Source: Negaprion brevirostris (lineage: Eukaryota). From it: a stretch of DNA of 64,000 bases. The stretch spans positions 33,380,927-33,444,926 of the forward strand of contig JARDVH010000163.1 in assembly GCA_030324005.1 (NCBI GenBank), written 5' to 3'. Position numbers and translations under genes: made by a program. The notes below the pieces were generated by a model. The model worked only from the letters and a program-made list of their open reading frames with translations. It was not told the DNA's origin and made no database searches. Every line of letters begins with the position of its first letter. Position 1 is the first letter of the stretch. Positions 11,995 to 23,100 of the stretch are shown one piece after another.

Positions 11995-12179
11995 TGTGGA
12001 GCTGCTGGCATTGGACTGGAGTGGGCACGGTAAGAAGTCTCATCGTACCAGGTTAAAGTCCAAAAGGTTTATTTGGAATCATGAGTGACTCACCTGATGA
12101 AGGAGCAGCGCTCTGAAAGCTCATGATTCCAGATAAACCCGTTGGACTTTAACCTGGTGTTGTGAGATTTCTTACCACG
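11995..12179 (+). mobile_element. Palindromic Penelope-type non-autonomous element
   Basis: Inverted arms 12029-12085 and 12120-12176. Same family as 20971-21195. Near-duplicated flanks tccaaagacttg / tccagaaacttg. Confidence 0.75.
12087..12129 (+). ncRNA. Minimal type I hammerhead ribozyme motif
   Basis: gactcac-CTGATGA(12094-12100)-A-GGAGC agc GCTCT-GAAA(12115-12118)-GCTC-atgattc. Intact core, stem II, palindromic short helix III; stem I has a mismatch next to the core. Confidence 0.6.
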
Positions 12180-12240
12180 TCCAGAAACTTGGGCATATAA
12201 ATGAGTGCTGATACTCCAGTGCGATACTGTTGGAGGTGAT

Positions 12241-12366
12241 GGGGAGAATTCTCCCGTTCCGCCTGCCACAGGAATTGTAGTGGATAGGAGACTGACCACA
12301 CAAAGATCCATTGACCTTGGTCGGGATTCTCTGCTTTTTGGGCAAGCATGACCAAAGAATCCCACC
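12241..12366. mobile_element. MITE (Harbinger-like) nested in the Deu-SINE
   Basis: ggggagaattctc ... agaatcccacc ends; homologous to 48353-48477. Confidence 0.65.
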
Positions 12367-13290
12367 ACAACATTTTTCAAATAAGATGATAAACCAGTGT
12401 CCTATCTACCCCATCAAATGGATGATTAATGTCCCTGTTGCACGATTTTGATAACGAGTTTGATCGTTATCCTTGGTATCCTGCATAATCGTTATCTCTC
12501 GATCAACATCAGAAGAATCAGATCCTCTGATCATCAAGTTCCAGACTACCAAAGTTTGCTGTGCAGAAAATGGCATCTACATTTTCTATACTACAATTGT
12601 GATTACACTTCAAAAGTGTACTGGCTGTAAAACACTTTGGATATCCTGCTGGCCGTGAAAGTCTTCCTCTCACATTTCTTGTCTGCACACTCACTGAGTG
12701 AATTCCGAAAGGCTGACTTCTTTATGAAGTGGGGTGAATTAAATTCGTGCATGTTGTTATGTTCCGTGTGCAAGCTTAATTACATTATGGGGAAATGCTT
12801 GGCATTTTTCATACTGGTGTATGCCCGTAGCAAAGTTGATCAGCTGGGACATGCCTGAGATTGAGCCTCAGGCCTCAGGAAGACAAGACCAGCCAGCAGC
12901 AGATATCTGAAAGACAGGCATGGTGCAGATTAGGCTGAAAGTCTCCCTAAAATCTTAAAAAGAGTAATGGTGCCTCTATCAGTGTTGGGCAACTTGTTTG
13001 CAGCTGCATTTCAGTTTTGTGCAGAAGCTAACCACGTTTCTTGAAATGTGCCTACATATTTACAGATGTGCAAGATAAAATGAATGCAGTTCCATTGTCT
13101 TAATTGCAGGGTTAGTGCCTTTGTTTGTTTTCCTGGTACATAATCAAAACCTATTACAAAAGTGGGATATTTGTTGGCCATCCTGGAATTTTAAACCAGA
13201 AAGACACTGAGAAGGTTTCCATGCTAAATCAGACATTTATTAATCCTAGTCAATATCATGGAATACAGAGAGCAATATATCTTGCCAGTT

Positions 13291-13617
13291 AGAATAGAAT
13301 TTCATAGAATCCCCGCCGTGCAGAAGGAGGTCATTTAGCCATTGAGCCTGCACTGAGAAAAACCCCACCCAGGCCTTATTCCCATACCCTGTGTATTTAC
13401 CTGCTAATCCCCTGAAACCAAGGAGCAATTTATCATGGCCAATCAACCTAATCTGCACATCTTTGGAGTATGGGAGTAAAGTGGAGCATCTGTAGGAAAC
13501 CCATGAAATCACGAGGGGAAATGTGCAAACTCCATACAGTCACCCCAGGTCAGTATTGAACCCAGGTGCCTGGTGCTGTGAGGCTGCAGCGCTAAACATT
13601 GTGCCACCGTGCCACCC
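13291..13617 (-). mobile_element. HE1 V-SINE with CR1/HER1-derived tail (tail type A)
   Basis: Head and V-domain, then a tail reading ..gtgcaggctcaatggctaaatgacctccttctgcac..ttctatga on the reverse strand. Confidence 0.9.
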
Positions 13618-13830
13618 TAGTGGCAAAACAAATACAAACTGATTTTGAGTGCATTTTCCCAAAATCACAAGCTGCTGTTAAATTAGCTTTTTGAGTCAAT
13701 TATATCCGCTCCTTGATTTTCAAAATGTTCAAGTGGGTGAGTTCTGGCGTAGGTGATCCTGGAAAATGGTGCACTTGGAAGGCATCAGTGATTCCCAAGG
13801 CCTCAGCTGTTTTCAAAGGGAGCAGTTTTA

Positions 13831-14112
13831 ATTCATTCATTCATTAGCGTCATTGGCTGGGCAGTATTTATTGCCCATCCCAGAGTTGCCCTCAAAGGGC
13901 AGTTAAGAATCAATTACATTGCTGTGGCTCTGGTATCACATGCAGGCCAGAAGAGCTAAGGACAGCAGATTTACTTCCTTAAGGACATTAGTGAACCAGA
14001 TGGTTTTTTTTGACAATTGACAATGGTTTAATAGTCATCAATGAATTCTTAATTCCAGATTTTTTTTACTGAATTCAAATTCCACAATCTGCCATGGCGG
14101 GGTTTGATCCTG
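13831..14112 (-). mobile_element. Bipartite SINE-like element
   Basis: tttattgcccatccc..aaggacattagtgaaccagatgg..gaattcaaattccac, the antisense of the 4590 family. Confidence 0.85.
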
Positions 14113-14481
14113 TTTGCCATTTGCCATTTAAATTATTCCTCGACATCCAGCTCCCACCTTCTGCCTGCATCTTGACGTTCCTAATTCGGCACTGAATTCA
14201 CCTTCCGACCAATTAGTGGCTGATACTTTTATTGTGTTGCATTTCTGCCATTGGTGGGTGGTGGGAAGAAAGCAGCAGCATGCATCCCTTTGAATAATTG
14301 CTTGGTGAGCTTACTGTAGAGTTTGTCAGGATTATGGGGAGAAATGGTTGGCAGTTTTCAAATAACCAGTACCAAGAATGCAAAGGGTTTGGTACAGCGT
14401 TAAGCATAACTGTCAGGAAGCCAACCGCGCGTCATTAGTGCTCATGTCAGCAGCAAGAAAATGTCGTGCAGAAGGGAGGGT

Positions 14482-14960
14482 TAGAACATGGAACATGGAA
14501 CATGGAACAGTACAGCACAGTACAGGCCCTTCGGCCCTCAATGTTGTGCCGAGCTATGTCCAAATCCAAGATCAAGCTATNNNNNNNNNNNNNNNNNNNN
14601 NNNNNNNNNNNNNNNNNNNNNNNNNNNNNNNNNNNNNNNNNNNNNNCCCTACTATATCTCCCGCAATGAACCTGATATTTATGCCCCCTAGTAATAGTTA
14701 CATCCACCCAAGGAAATACACGTCCACTCTATCTAGCCCCCTCATCATCTTATAAACCTCTATTAAATCGACTCATCCTCCTCCATTCTAAAGAGAAAAG
14801 CCCCAGCTCCCTCAACCTTTCCTCATAAAACCTACCCTCCAAACCAGGCAGCACCCTGATAAATCTCCTCTGCAATGCCTCCAAATCCTTCTTATAGTGA
14901 GGTGAACAGAACTGAACACAATACTCCAAATATGATGTCACCAACGTCCGGTATAGTTGC
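14482..14960 (-). mobile_element. 5'-truncated CR1 LINE
   Basis: [48 protein letters not shown], plus a tail ending in short repeats (gaacatg)n. Confidence 0.9.
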
Positions 14961-15282
14961 AGGTTAAACTAGTTTGCTCATTCAGTGATACCATTCACCA
15001 TTGCTGAAACTTGATCTTGTGAGAAACATGAGGCTGCTGGAATGAAAATCCGGGCCCCCATTTGCCTGTTGACTAATTTCCTCACATAAAAAGCAAGACA
15101 TTTTCCCCAAACCTTTTAATTATGTTACTGTACCAACTTATTTGAGTTATTTTGATTTAATTGTTAATTAAGTTAAATTCAAGTTTGGGATTCTTATTCC
15201 CGCATTGACTGTGTAGCTACTTTGCGGAATGAACATGATCTAGAAAGAAGTGAAACCAATAGAATCTGGGAAGGTATAAAGG

Positions 15283-15483
15283 AACAAAAACAGAAAATGC
15301 TGGAGAAACTCAGAAGGTCTGACAGCATCTGTGGAGAGAGAATAGAGCCAACTTTCTGGTCAGGATGTCATCCAGACTCATGTTGGCTGTAACTTCTCTC
15401 TATAAATGCTACCAGACCAGCTGAGTTTCTCCAGCATTTCTATTTCTGTTTCTGTTTCATTTGCAGTATTTTGCCTTTATCTT
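15283..15483. mobile_element. Second family of palindromic Penelope-type element
   Basis: Inverted arms 15283-15352 and 15382-15455. Flanking duplication aaggtataaaggaac (15271) / aaggtatacaggaac (15484). Related half copy at 50551-50680. Confidence 0.75.
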
Positions 15484-16614
15484 AAGGTATACAGGAACCT
15501 GCTATCTGTCAAAGTGGCTGTTGAATCTAGGACCAATCATATTAGGTCTCTTAATAAAGTATGGGCAAAAAGTTGGAAGTTGGCTTCCTTGATTTTCCAC
15601 TCCAGGTTTTACCGTAATAGGATTTTGTGTGAATTGAGAGAGGATGTGCTTTGCCAATTCCGTAGGAGTCCTTCGGGTTGTAGAGAATTAAACAGGAACA
15701 TTTCCTCAGGCTAAACAAAAAACAAGATAGTTTCAATAAACTTATCTCCTAAACTGGAAAAGTACAAGGTAAACTGCAACCAATACATCATGTGCATTCA
15801 TTGGGCCCCACGCACCCTCACCAGTATAGAGGGCAGAGTAAGAGGATAAGCTTATAGGATTTTTATAGTTCATGAAAAATAATACAATGGAGTATGCAGT
15901 TAGCTCTTGATTGACTGGTATCAGTGCAGTGATTCTGTCTTGTTAAGCTGTCTTCTTGGATGTAGTTGTATGGAGAAGATTTCCACATTTTGTAGATTTC
16001 TCTTCCAGGGTTGCTACTTTGCAAAACTAGAGACAACACTGCCAAGAGAGTGAGAAAGCAAAAGAGAGTGAGAAAGAGAGAGTCAGTGAGAAAGAGAGAA
16101 TGAGAACACAGCTTCAGCAGTCTGTGTTCAGTCCATCACTGTTTATGTTTCCTCTCTGCTGCTTGGTAAAGAATCCTTAAAAGCACATTGCTGGCTGAAT
16201 ATGCAAGAGAAATTCAATCAGTTCATGTCTGCTGCAGTTATTGTTTCAGAACAGATAATTACATTTTGATGTCTTATCTCAGCAACATCTGAAAGGTATC
16301 AGGATGATGTGAAGCCTACAGGGGAATGGAGGCTTTCAAGTTCTCTAAGCGGTTCAGTGGCAATTTTTATCATTCCACTTGTTGGAGTGCAAGATTGTGT
16401 GGACTGTCACAACCTGGACATTTTTTCCACTGAGAGTATCCAAATACTTTTTTTAAAATGCAGCCAAAAAAAGGGAAAATTAGAAATTGTAGGTTTAAAA
16501 AGCACACCCTCGTAACATGTGATTAAAAATATTGATATAGTGAGAATCAGTTAGGCTGTGTAAATACAGGGACAATGGTATCCCTGAATAAATCAGACAA
16601 CCTACCAGAGAGGT

Positions 16615-16832
16615 ATGGCAGCCAGATGGAAGAATGGAGCAGCAAACCTCAGGGAGTTTGACCTGGATATTCTCTTAAGGATATGCAGCAGGAGGGTAAG
16701 ATGCTTGGAGTCAGGAGCAGGAGACATGTTAAAGATGTCATGTACAGTTTGTGGAGAGGGGTAGTTGCGGAAGTTCCCCCACGTGGACAAGGGTACAATT
16801 GCGAGCAGAAAAAGAAACTACAATGACCTCTA
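16615..16832 (+). pseudogene. Possible Harbinger-associated Myb/SANT-like gene relic
   Basis: Across frameshifts: MAARWKNGAANLREFDLDILL..LWRGVVAEV..WTRVQ..RNYNDL, resembling the (R)AxNF..E..L..W..V..RT..Q..K.FNDL pattern. Confidence 0.35.
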
Positions 16833-18030
16833 GGCGGGAGGGCCATCTGCCACCTTCAGTGTTGCTGACAAGATGGCATGATGATAGGCACTCCACTCGC
16901 CTTCCTGCACCATCGTACGGTTTCAGAAGGCCATTTACCTGCCATTTCAGAAGGCAGGTAAAATTCAACACCATATTTTGTATGTCAAAGCATTTGTAAG
17001 TTTATGATAAAATGATTTCAGATATTATATGCGCAACCAAAAAAAGGAACAAGTGGCAAGCAATTGTATTGAACATTAATGTATATCAGTAGTGCAACAG
17101 GAATATTTTCCAGTGCAATTATTTCAATTATCCTTGCTGATGTCTACAGAAATGTTCTTTCCCAAGAAACCACATCATCCAGCCAGTGTATCTTTTTTCC
17201 TACTCCATTCATAAAATGCTGGCACGAAACACCTGTACCTCTTTTGAGAAGGGTTCAAAGGGCAGTAAGGGTTTGTTAGTTTTTGCTGCATTAAAATCCA
17301 CATTAAAAAAAAATGTAGCTATAAGACACATGAAATTATGTCAACTCTGTAAATTCTAGCTCTGTGCCAGTTAATAGGATGTAATATCAGAACTTAAGGT
17401 GTAGAGCAACGCTGGAGCTTATTACCTGCCACTGCAACATGACCTTGTTGTGAGAAATGGGCCACATCCCACAAGGCTTTGCTCTTTTTTTTTCCTCAAG
17501 TTATTAAGAGAATTTCTGATTAAAGGGAGGATGAAATGAGTTTGCCTTCCCCTCAGGTCCCAGAAGGCCAGTAGTAATATGCCTGAAGCATTATTCCTAT
17601 TAAAAATGTATCAGGCTGTGACCATGTTCCACGTTCGCCCAGGCTGCACTTCTTGTTTCAGACAGAGCACGGACCTATTAATCAATGTGCTTCCTTTACC
17701 AATTAATGTAAAAGGTACAGCTCCCTCACCAATCTTTTTTGAAGAAGCATTGAGAGATGACCCAGTTATGGATTTAAACTGGATAGGTGCAATTGTCCGA
17801 CAGCTTTCAGCAGGTCTGCCCAATGTTATAAATACATGAAACCAGGTCACCAGCTTAATTGGACAATTTATTTTTGTTGCTTTCACAATATAGAATCACA
17901 CAGAACATACATTTTTAAATTAGCAGGTATATGGTGTTTGGAGATTGAGGAAATGAAGAGGAAATTCTTCTATCCTTTTTCTGTCAAAGTATTAGAGGGA
18001 ATTGGAGTGGGGGGGGGGTGTTGGGATTAG

Positions 18031-18443
18031 TTTATTTACTTGTTTATTTATTAGTGTCAGAAGTAGGATAATATTAACACTGCAATGAAAATTGCTGAGT
18101 AGCCATACTCCGAAGCCTGTTCAGGTGCATTGATGGGGAATTTAGCATAGGCCAATGTATCTAACCAGCAAGTCTCTTGNNNNNNNNNNNNNNNNNNNNN
18201 NNNNNNNNNNNNNNNNNNNNNNNNNNNNNNNNNNNNNNNNNNNNNNNNNNNNNNNNNNNNNNNNNNNNNNNNNNNNNNNAGGCCAATGTATCTAACCAGC
18301 AAGTCTCTTGAACTGTGGGAGGAAACTGGAGGAAACCGACGTGGACATGGGGAGAATGTGCAAACTCCACACAGTGACCGAAACCGGGAACCAAAACCAG
18401 GTCCCTGGCACTGTGAGGCAGCAGTGCTACCCCCTGTGCCACC
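18031..18443 (-). mobile_element. HE1-like V-SINE, tail type B (contains a gap)
   Basis: Head at about 18395-18443, V-domain, and tail at 18031-18130. Confidence 0.9.
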
Positions 18444-19834
18444 AACTGGTTGTGTAACAAAATATCTTGCAGTAAGCATACCTGGAGAATCATTTTTTTA
18501 TTGTAGAGAACATTAAGAGATGTTTCCAGGGATTTCATGTTAGCTTGGAATGCATCATCGCTGTGCTAGTTCTACTGCAATACTATCTTTCAAATGTGCT
18601 TTCTGACAGAGGAGTGGGGCTGTAACTTGATGACAAACTGTGCCTTAGAGGAACTCAAAAGAACTGATCGAAATCTACTGGAAGGGAATTTGAAACCATA
18701 AATAGGTCATTTGTGCAAGCATCTACACGGCCAATCTGTGAAAGTAGTAACATTTTTAAAAATAAGACTATTGTGACAAGCTCTTTGAGAAAACCTGAAG
18801 GTGATATAACGAAAGTATGAAACCTCAGCAATACATTAAATGGAGGGCATAAATCTTTTTCACGCTACAACGTGACTTCAGGTTTATGTATTTACAACTA
18901 CCAGTTAACACGTACAACAGGTGCTGCCAGAGCTTCAAACTACTGAAGTAGCAGACGCTGGAGGAAGGTAAATGTGATTCTAAAAAGAGAGTGGAAGCAC
19001 TTAGAGGACAGATAGTCTGAATTCAACTTGGGAAAAATGCTTTACGTGAGGCTGTAATTGTGCTTGCCCATCAGCCTTTTAGTGTAAGCTGCTTGATTGA
19101 GTCCCCTTCTAAGTCTTCAGCAACAGAATGCATATACAACCAAGCCACCTGGGATCCGTAAATTCCATTCAGCTCTGTCACTCTTATCCTCTGTCTTACC
19201 AGGTAACCTCTAAACTAGCCAGTAAAATATGCACAGCGCAATTACATGAATTGTTTGCTGCAAATGTGAGATCGAGTGGTCATCTGGCAGCTTCATCAGT
19301 CTTTTGTCCCTCCAGGACTTTGTACTAATGCCTGAGCAGGTGGTAGCTTTTGGGTACCCCAAAATGAGGAAGGAATTGTGGTGGGTATACTGTGTGCCTC
19401 TTGCACCAAGTGCTGCATCAGGGAGAGTCTTCTGTCATTCTCTGCACTTTGTTATTCCACTTTCATTCTTATTGTAGGTCAGACACACTTCTCCACTTAC
19501 TTCCAACACCTGCTGAAGCTAGAATTCACCTGCCCTTTAAGTAGTGCAGGCTAACTTTAAGTAATGTCAGCCTTACTGACGTATGCCTCCTGTGCAGCAC
19601 CTGCAGTCATTTGAATTATTAGGCAGAACAAAGTTTCTGCGCTGCCCGCATCACAACAAATAGGCAGGGGTCAATCATGAATTGTAATACCCAAGCATGT
19701 TTTCAGGCCTTATCCAATTTTTCGCCAAATGTCCCCTGTCTTCTCTCCAGTAAAAAGTATGTACATCTTTTTAGGAATGTATTTTGTTTAATCTGCACAA
19801 TCTGAAACATTTCATGAACTAATGGTACAACCCA

Positions 19835-20420
19835 ATGATATATGTACATAAATCTTTGAACGTGACAGGATAAGCCGAGGAGGTAGTTTGAAATAAAATC
19901 ACGCAGGAGCCTTGGCTTTACTGCCAAAGAGACAGAATACCAAATCAAGGAAGTTCTGCAAAACTCTCTCAAATTCTATTCAGACATCAGCCTCAATATT
20001 GTTTTCAATTGTAGCCTCAAATCTTAGGACGGATATCAAGGCTTTAGAAAGGGAATAGGAGGATGTTACCAGGGACAAAAGGATTTAATTGTAATAAGGA
20101 ATGAGTTTGTTCTACACAGAACTGAGAAGGTTAAGACGTGATTTGANNNNNNNNNNGCCCTCAAAGGATACTGATTTAAAGTAATTGACAAAAGAACCAG
20201 AGATGTTATGAGGAAATTTGTTTTATGCAGCAAGTTATTGTGATCCAAATTGCATTGACCAAGTGGTTGGTAGAAACAAATTTGTTTCAACTATAGAAAG
20301 AGAATTCAATAATACTTGAAATGAGCAAAATGTACAGGCAAAGAAAGCAGAAATAATTAACTCCACCAAGAAGATGGCCCAGACACAATGGGTCAGGTGC
20401 CCTCGCTGTGTGATGTATTG
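19835..20420 (+). mobile_element. Old decayed CR1 3' fragment
   Basis: Remnants of HKSL..A..LGF....EY.SKEV..QYCFQ..DIKALE, followed by a degenerate tail. Confidence 0.7.
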
Positions 20421-20970
20421 TCCTCTCATTATATGATGTGAATTCTTCGTCATTCATTTCGTGCCAGTATCAGCCACCATTTTGGTTTTACGATTTGGCA
20501 TAGAAATGTTAAACTCTGGTTTCAGACCAGAGTATCTGTGCAAAGAGAGAGGTAATCAGAAATAATAAAAGCATACAGAGAAGCAACAGGTGGGGCATTA
20601 ACTTCTTATCTGTGAGTTTCAGCGTGAATCCAACCATACCGCTATGGCCTTCCCTTGGCTGGCAGTAATTTATTTTGTAATCTCGACCCAAAGTTTATGA
20701 TAAAAATATTCCAGTATAGAACTGGTCAATATTCAGTCACATTCAGAAAAGTAATAAGCTGGCTAGTGCTAATGAGACAATGTGAGTCTCACAATTCTCC
20801 TATTTACAATTGCTAAAAGCAAGGATAATCAAGTGAAAACTGAGAGAACAAAACACCAACTTACACTAATGGAGAATTGTCTATTCTAAATTTTTGGGAA
20901 GACCTTGATTTAGGTGGTCAGTGCCCCTGCCTACAACAGGTGGGGTTTAATTAAACCATTTAAATGAAGT

Positions 20971-21195
20971 GGAGACGTCAGTGTTGGACTGGGGTGGGCA
21001 CAGTAAGAGGTCGGACAACACCAGATTAAAGTCCAACAGGTTTATTTGGAATCACAAGCTTTTGGAGTGTTGCTCCTTCATCAGGTGAGTGTCAGGAGCA
21101 GTGCTCACCTGATGAGAGAGCAGTGCTCCGTAAGCTTGTGATTCCAAATAAACCTGTTGGACTTTAATCTGGTGTTGTGAGACTTCTTACAGTGT
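20971..21195. mobile_element. Palindromic Penelope-type element with two opposed hammerhead cores
   Basis: Long inverted arms (about 21001-21090 and 21104-21194) and a 13-bp flanking duplication atttaaatgaagt (20958-20970, 21196-21208). CTGATGA on the plus strand at 21109 and on the minus strand at 21078-21084. Confidence 0.8.
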
Positions 21196-22064
21196 ATTTA
21201 AATGAAGTCAGATGACAGTGTAAAACCTCTCAAAGCCTTTTTTTCCCCTATTAATCTGCATTGTTCCTATTCCCACTCCTAAAATGAGCCAAATATTCAC
21301 AAGTTCAATCACTTTGTAATTTTCAGTGTCAAAGCCTACAAATACAAACTTACACAAGGCAAAATTTAAATTGTATGTTTGAATTAGAAATATGATTTGT
21401 GCCAAAATGCCAGGCTTACATAGGTACAGAATACAGCAACTCAAATGACTCTGCAAGCAGTAGATACCTAAAAGCGATATAAAATTCCAAATATCTTTAA
21501 CATATCCTAATGACTGAAATGCGTTGTATAGCAAAATACTGGCAACTACGTTCATTGTGTGTCCAACAGAAAGCTTTCAATACCTGGCACATGGTTGAAT
21601 ATATTGTGCAGTGTAAATAGCAGCAGGTGGGGTAGGGGTGGGAGTTGAGTCATTTCCTGTTATCGCATTGTTGGAATAATCATGCCACTTCACTTTTTTG
21701 AACAGTGAATTTAAAATCACGTAATCCAATGTGTGAACATCACTTCTCCTTAGAAGTTGGCAGTTATCCTATAACAGCAAGCCATTAACATTTATTATAA
21801 CTTTCTTTATCTCCAAATTTGTATCCATTAAGCATACACTTTGGCCCAGAAATTCCTCAAAGTCATTCCCACTCCACTGGGATTACTTATCTGGAAGTGC
21901 AATATAAAAACACAGCTTCACGTGAGAGCAGTGTTCTTAGTGCAAACTAACACCGATGGAAACAGCTTCAACAAACTTCCTAGCCATTAACTTGCAAAAC
22001 TGTGTTCCAAAAACATTAGGTAAAGATTTCCTTGTTTGTTACTTGCAGTAAAATCATAGACCTA

Positions 22065-22200
22065 GGGCCAGATTCTCCGACTTTGCTTGTAGCTGCGATT
22101 CTCCGGTCCTGCTGCAGTGAACGGAGATTCGGCTGAATGCCAAATGTTCTGTTCTCGCTGGCAATGGCGACAAGGTGTGAATAGCCAGAGAATCCGGCCT
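22065..22200. mobile_element. MITE with Harbinger-type TIRs and 3-bp TSD
   Basis: ggccagattctc ... gagaatccggcc TIRs, flanked on both sides by cta. Confidence 0.75.
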
Positions 22201-23011
22201 CTAATCTTTTGATATGGATTCGTGAATCCACCGTATCAAATGCAAAAGAGATTGTTCTGATTATGAAGACAAACATTGTTACTTTTCCGTGCAGCAGCCC
22301 TGGATTGTAGTGCCTCCTCTAATCATGGTTTAATTATATGAATGCAGTTAATCACTGTAAATAAGTTATTTTAATATTGAACTGAAAAATAAAACTTGAT
22401 GATTTTCATGTCCAATATTAACGCTGTGTGCTGCACTTCAAAGACGTCGACAGCAGTGAGTAGACAAATGGGAAGATGTGTAGTCCGTGATCAGAAAGAA
22501 ACAGAAGATGGAAAGAAAAACCCATATATCTCATTTAAACTGCATGTCATGCACTGTCACAGTAATGAATACAAAAAGACCAGTGATGAATGACCATGTA
22601 CAGACGGTAAAGCACTAATAAGCATAGCTCCCCACTTCAAAGCTTATGACAATAGGGAAAACAGACGAAAGCTGCAGTAAAATTCACATCCTACCCTACA
22701 GTACAAATATGCAAAAGGCAAACTGAAGCAAGATGTTTTTACCTCCTTACTTGAAGCATATGTTTTCCCTGTGAAAGATGGCACCTTTCACTTCAACTCA
22801 CCTCAGCACATACCCATTTTTCATTTTCCAGACAGCTCCTCTGTTGGGATTGGGAGAGAAGACAAAGTGAACCTGGGGGCCGTTTACAGGTAATAAGCTT
22901 AAGCAAATGTTTATGACAACTGCATTATAATTAATTACTTGACAATCACTCTGTAAACATGCAGTAACACACATGAATCTTTTTTTAAAAAAGCTTCTTA
23001 AACAGTCCTAC

Positions 23012-23100
23012 CTGTTGGAAAATTTGAACAGCTGTATGGGTGATTCAACTGCTTGCTTCCTTCAACCCGCAGCTGATTGACCTCTGACTGAAGCCAGCAC
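23012..23100 (-). CDS. Candidate 89-nt coding exon CWLQSEVNQLRVEGSKQLNHPYSCSNFPT
   Basis: Acceptor aatttcctag|, donor CAG|gtagga, only one open frame, repeat-free context. Protein not recognised. Confidence 0.3.

Larger units (their letters stand above)
11940..12662 (+). mobile_element. Old Deu-domain SINE (SacSINE1/AmnSINE-related) split by two insertions
   Basis: Head ctctcatctctgaatcagga.., then ..ctgatactccagtgc..tgttggaggtg, ..ttttcaaataagatgataaacc.., ttgctgtgcagaaaatggc, and gattacacttcaaaag..tggctgtaaaacactttgg..gtgaaag. Confidence 0.7.

Noticed and set aside
18150-18310. 31-bp direct repeat flanking an N run inside a SINE
   Set aside because: Identical sequence on both sides of a 100-N gap indicates overlapping contig ends (assembly artefact).
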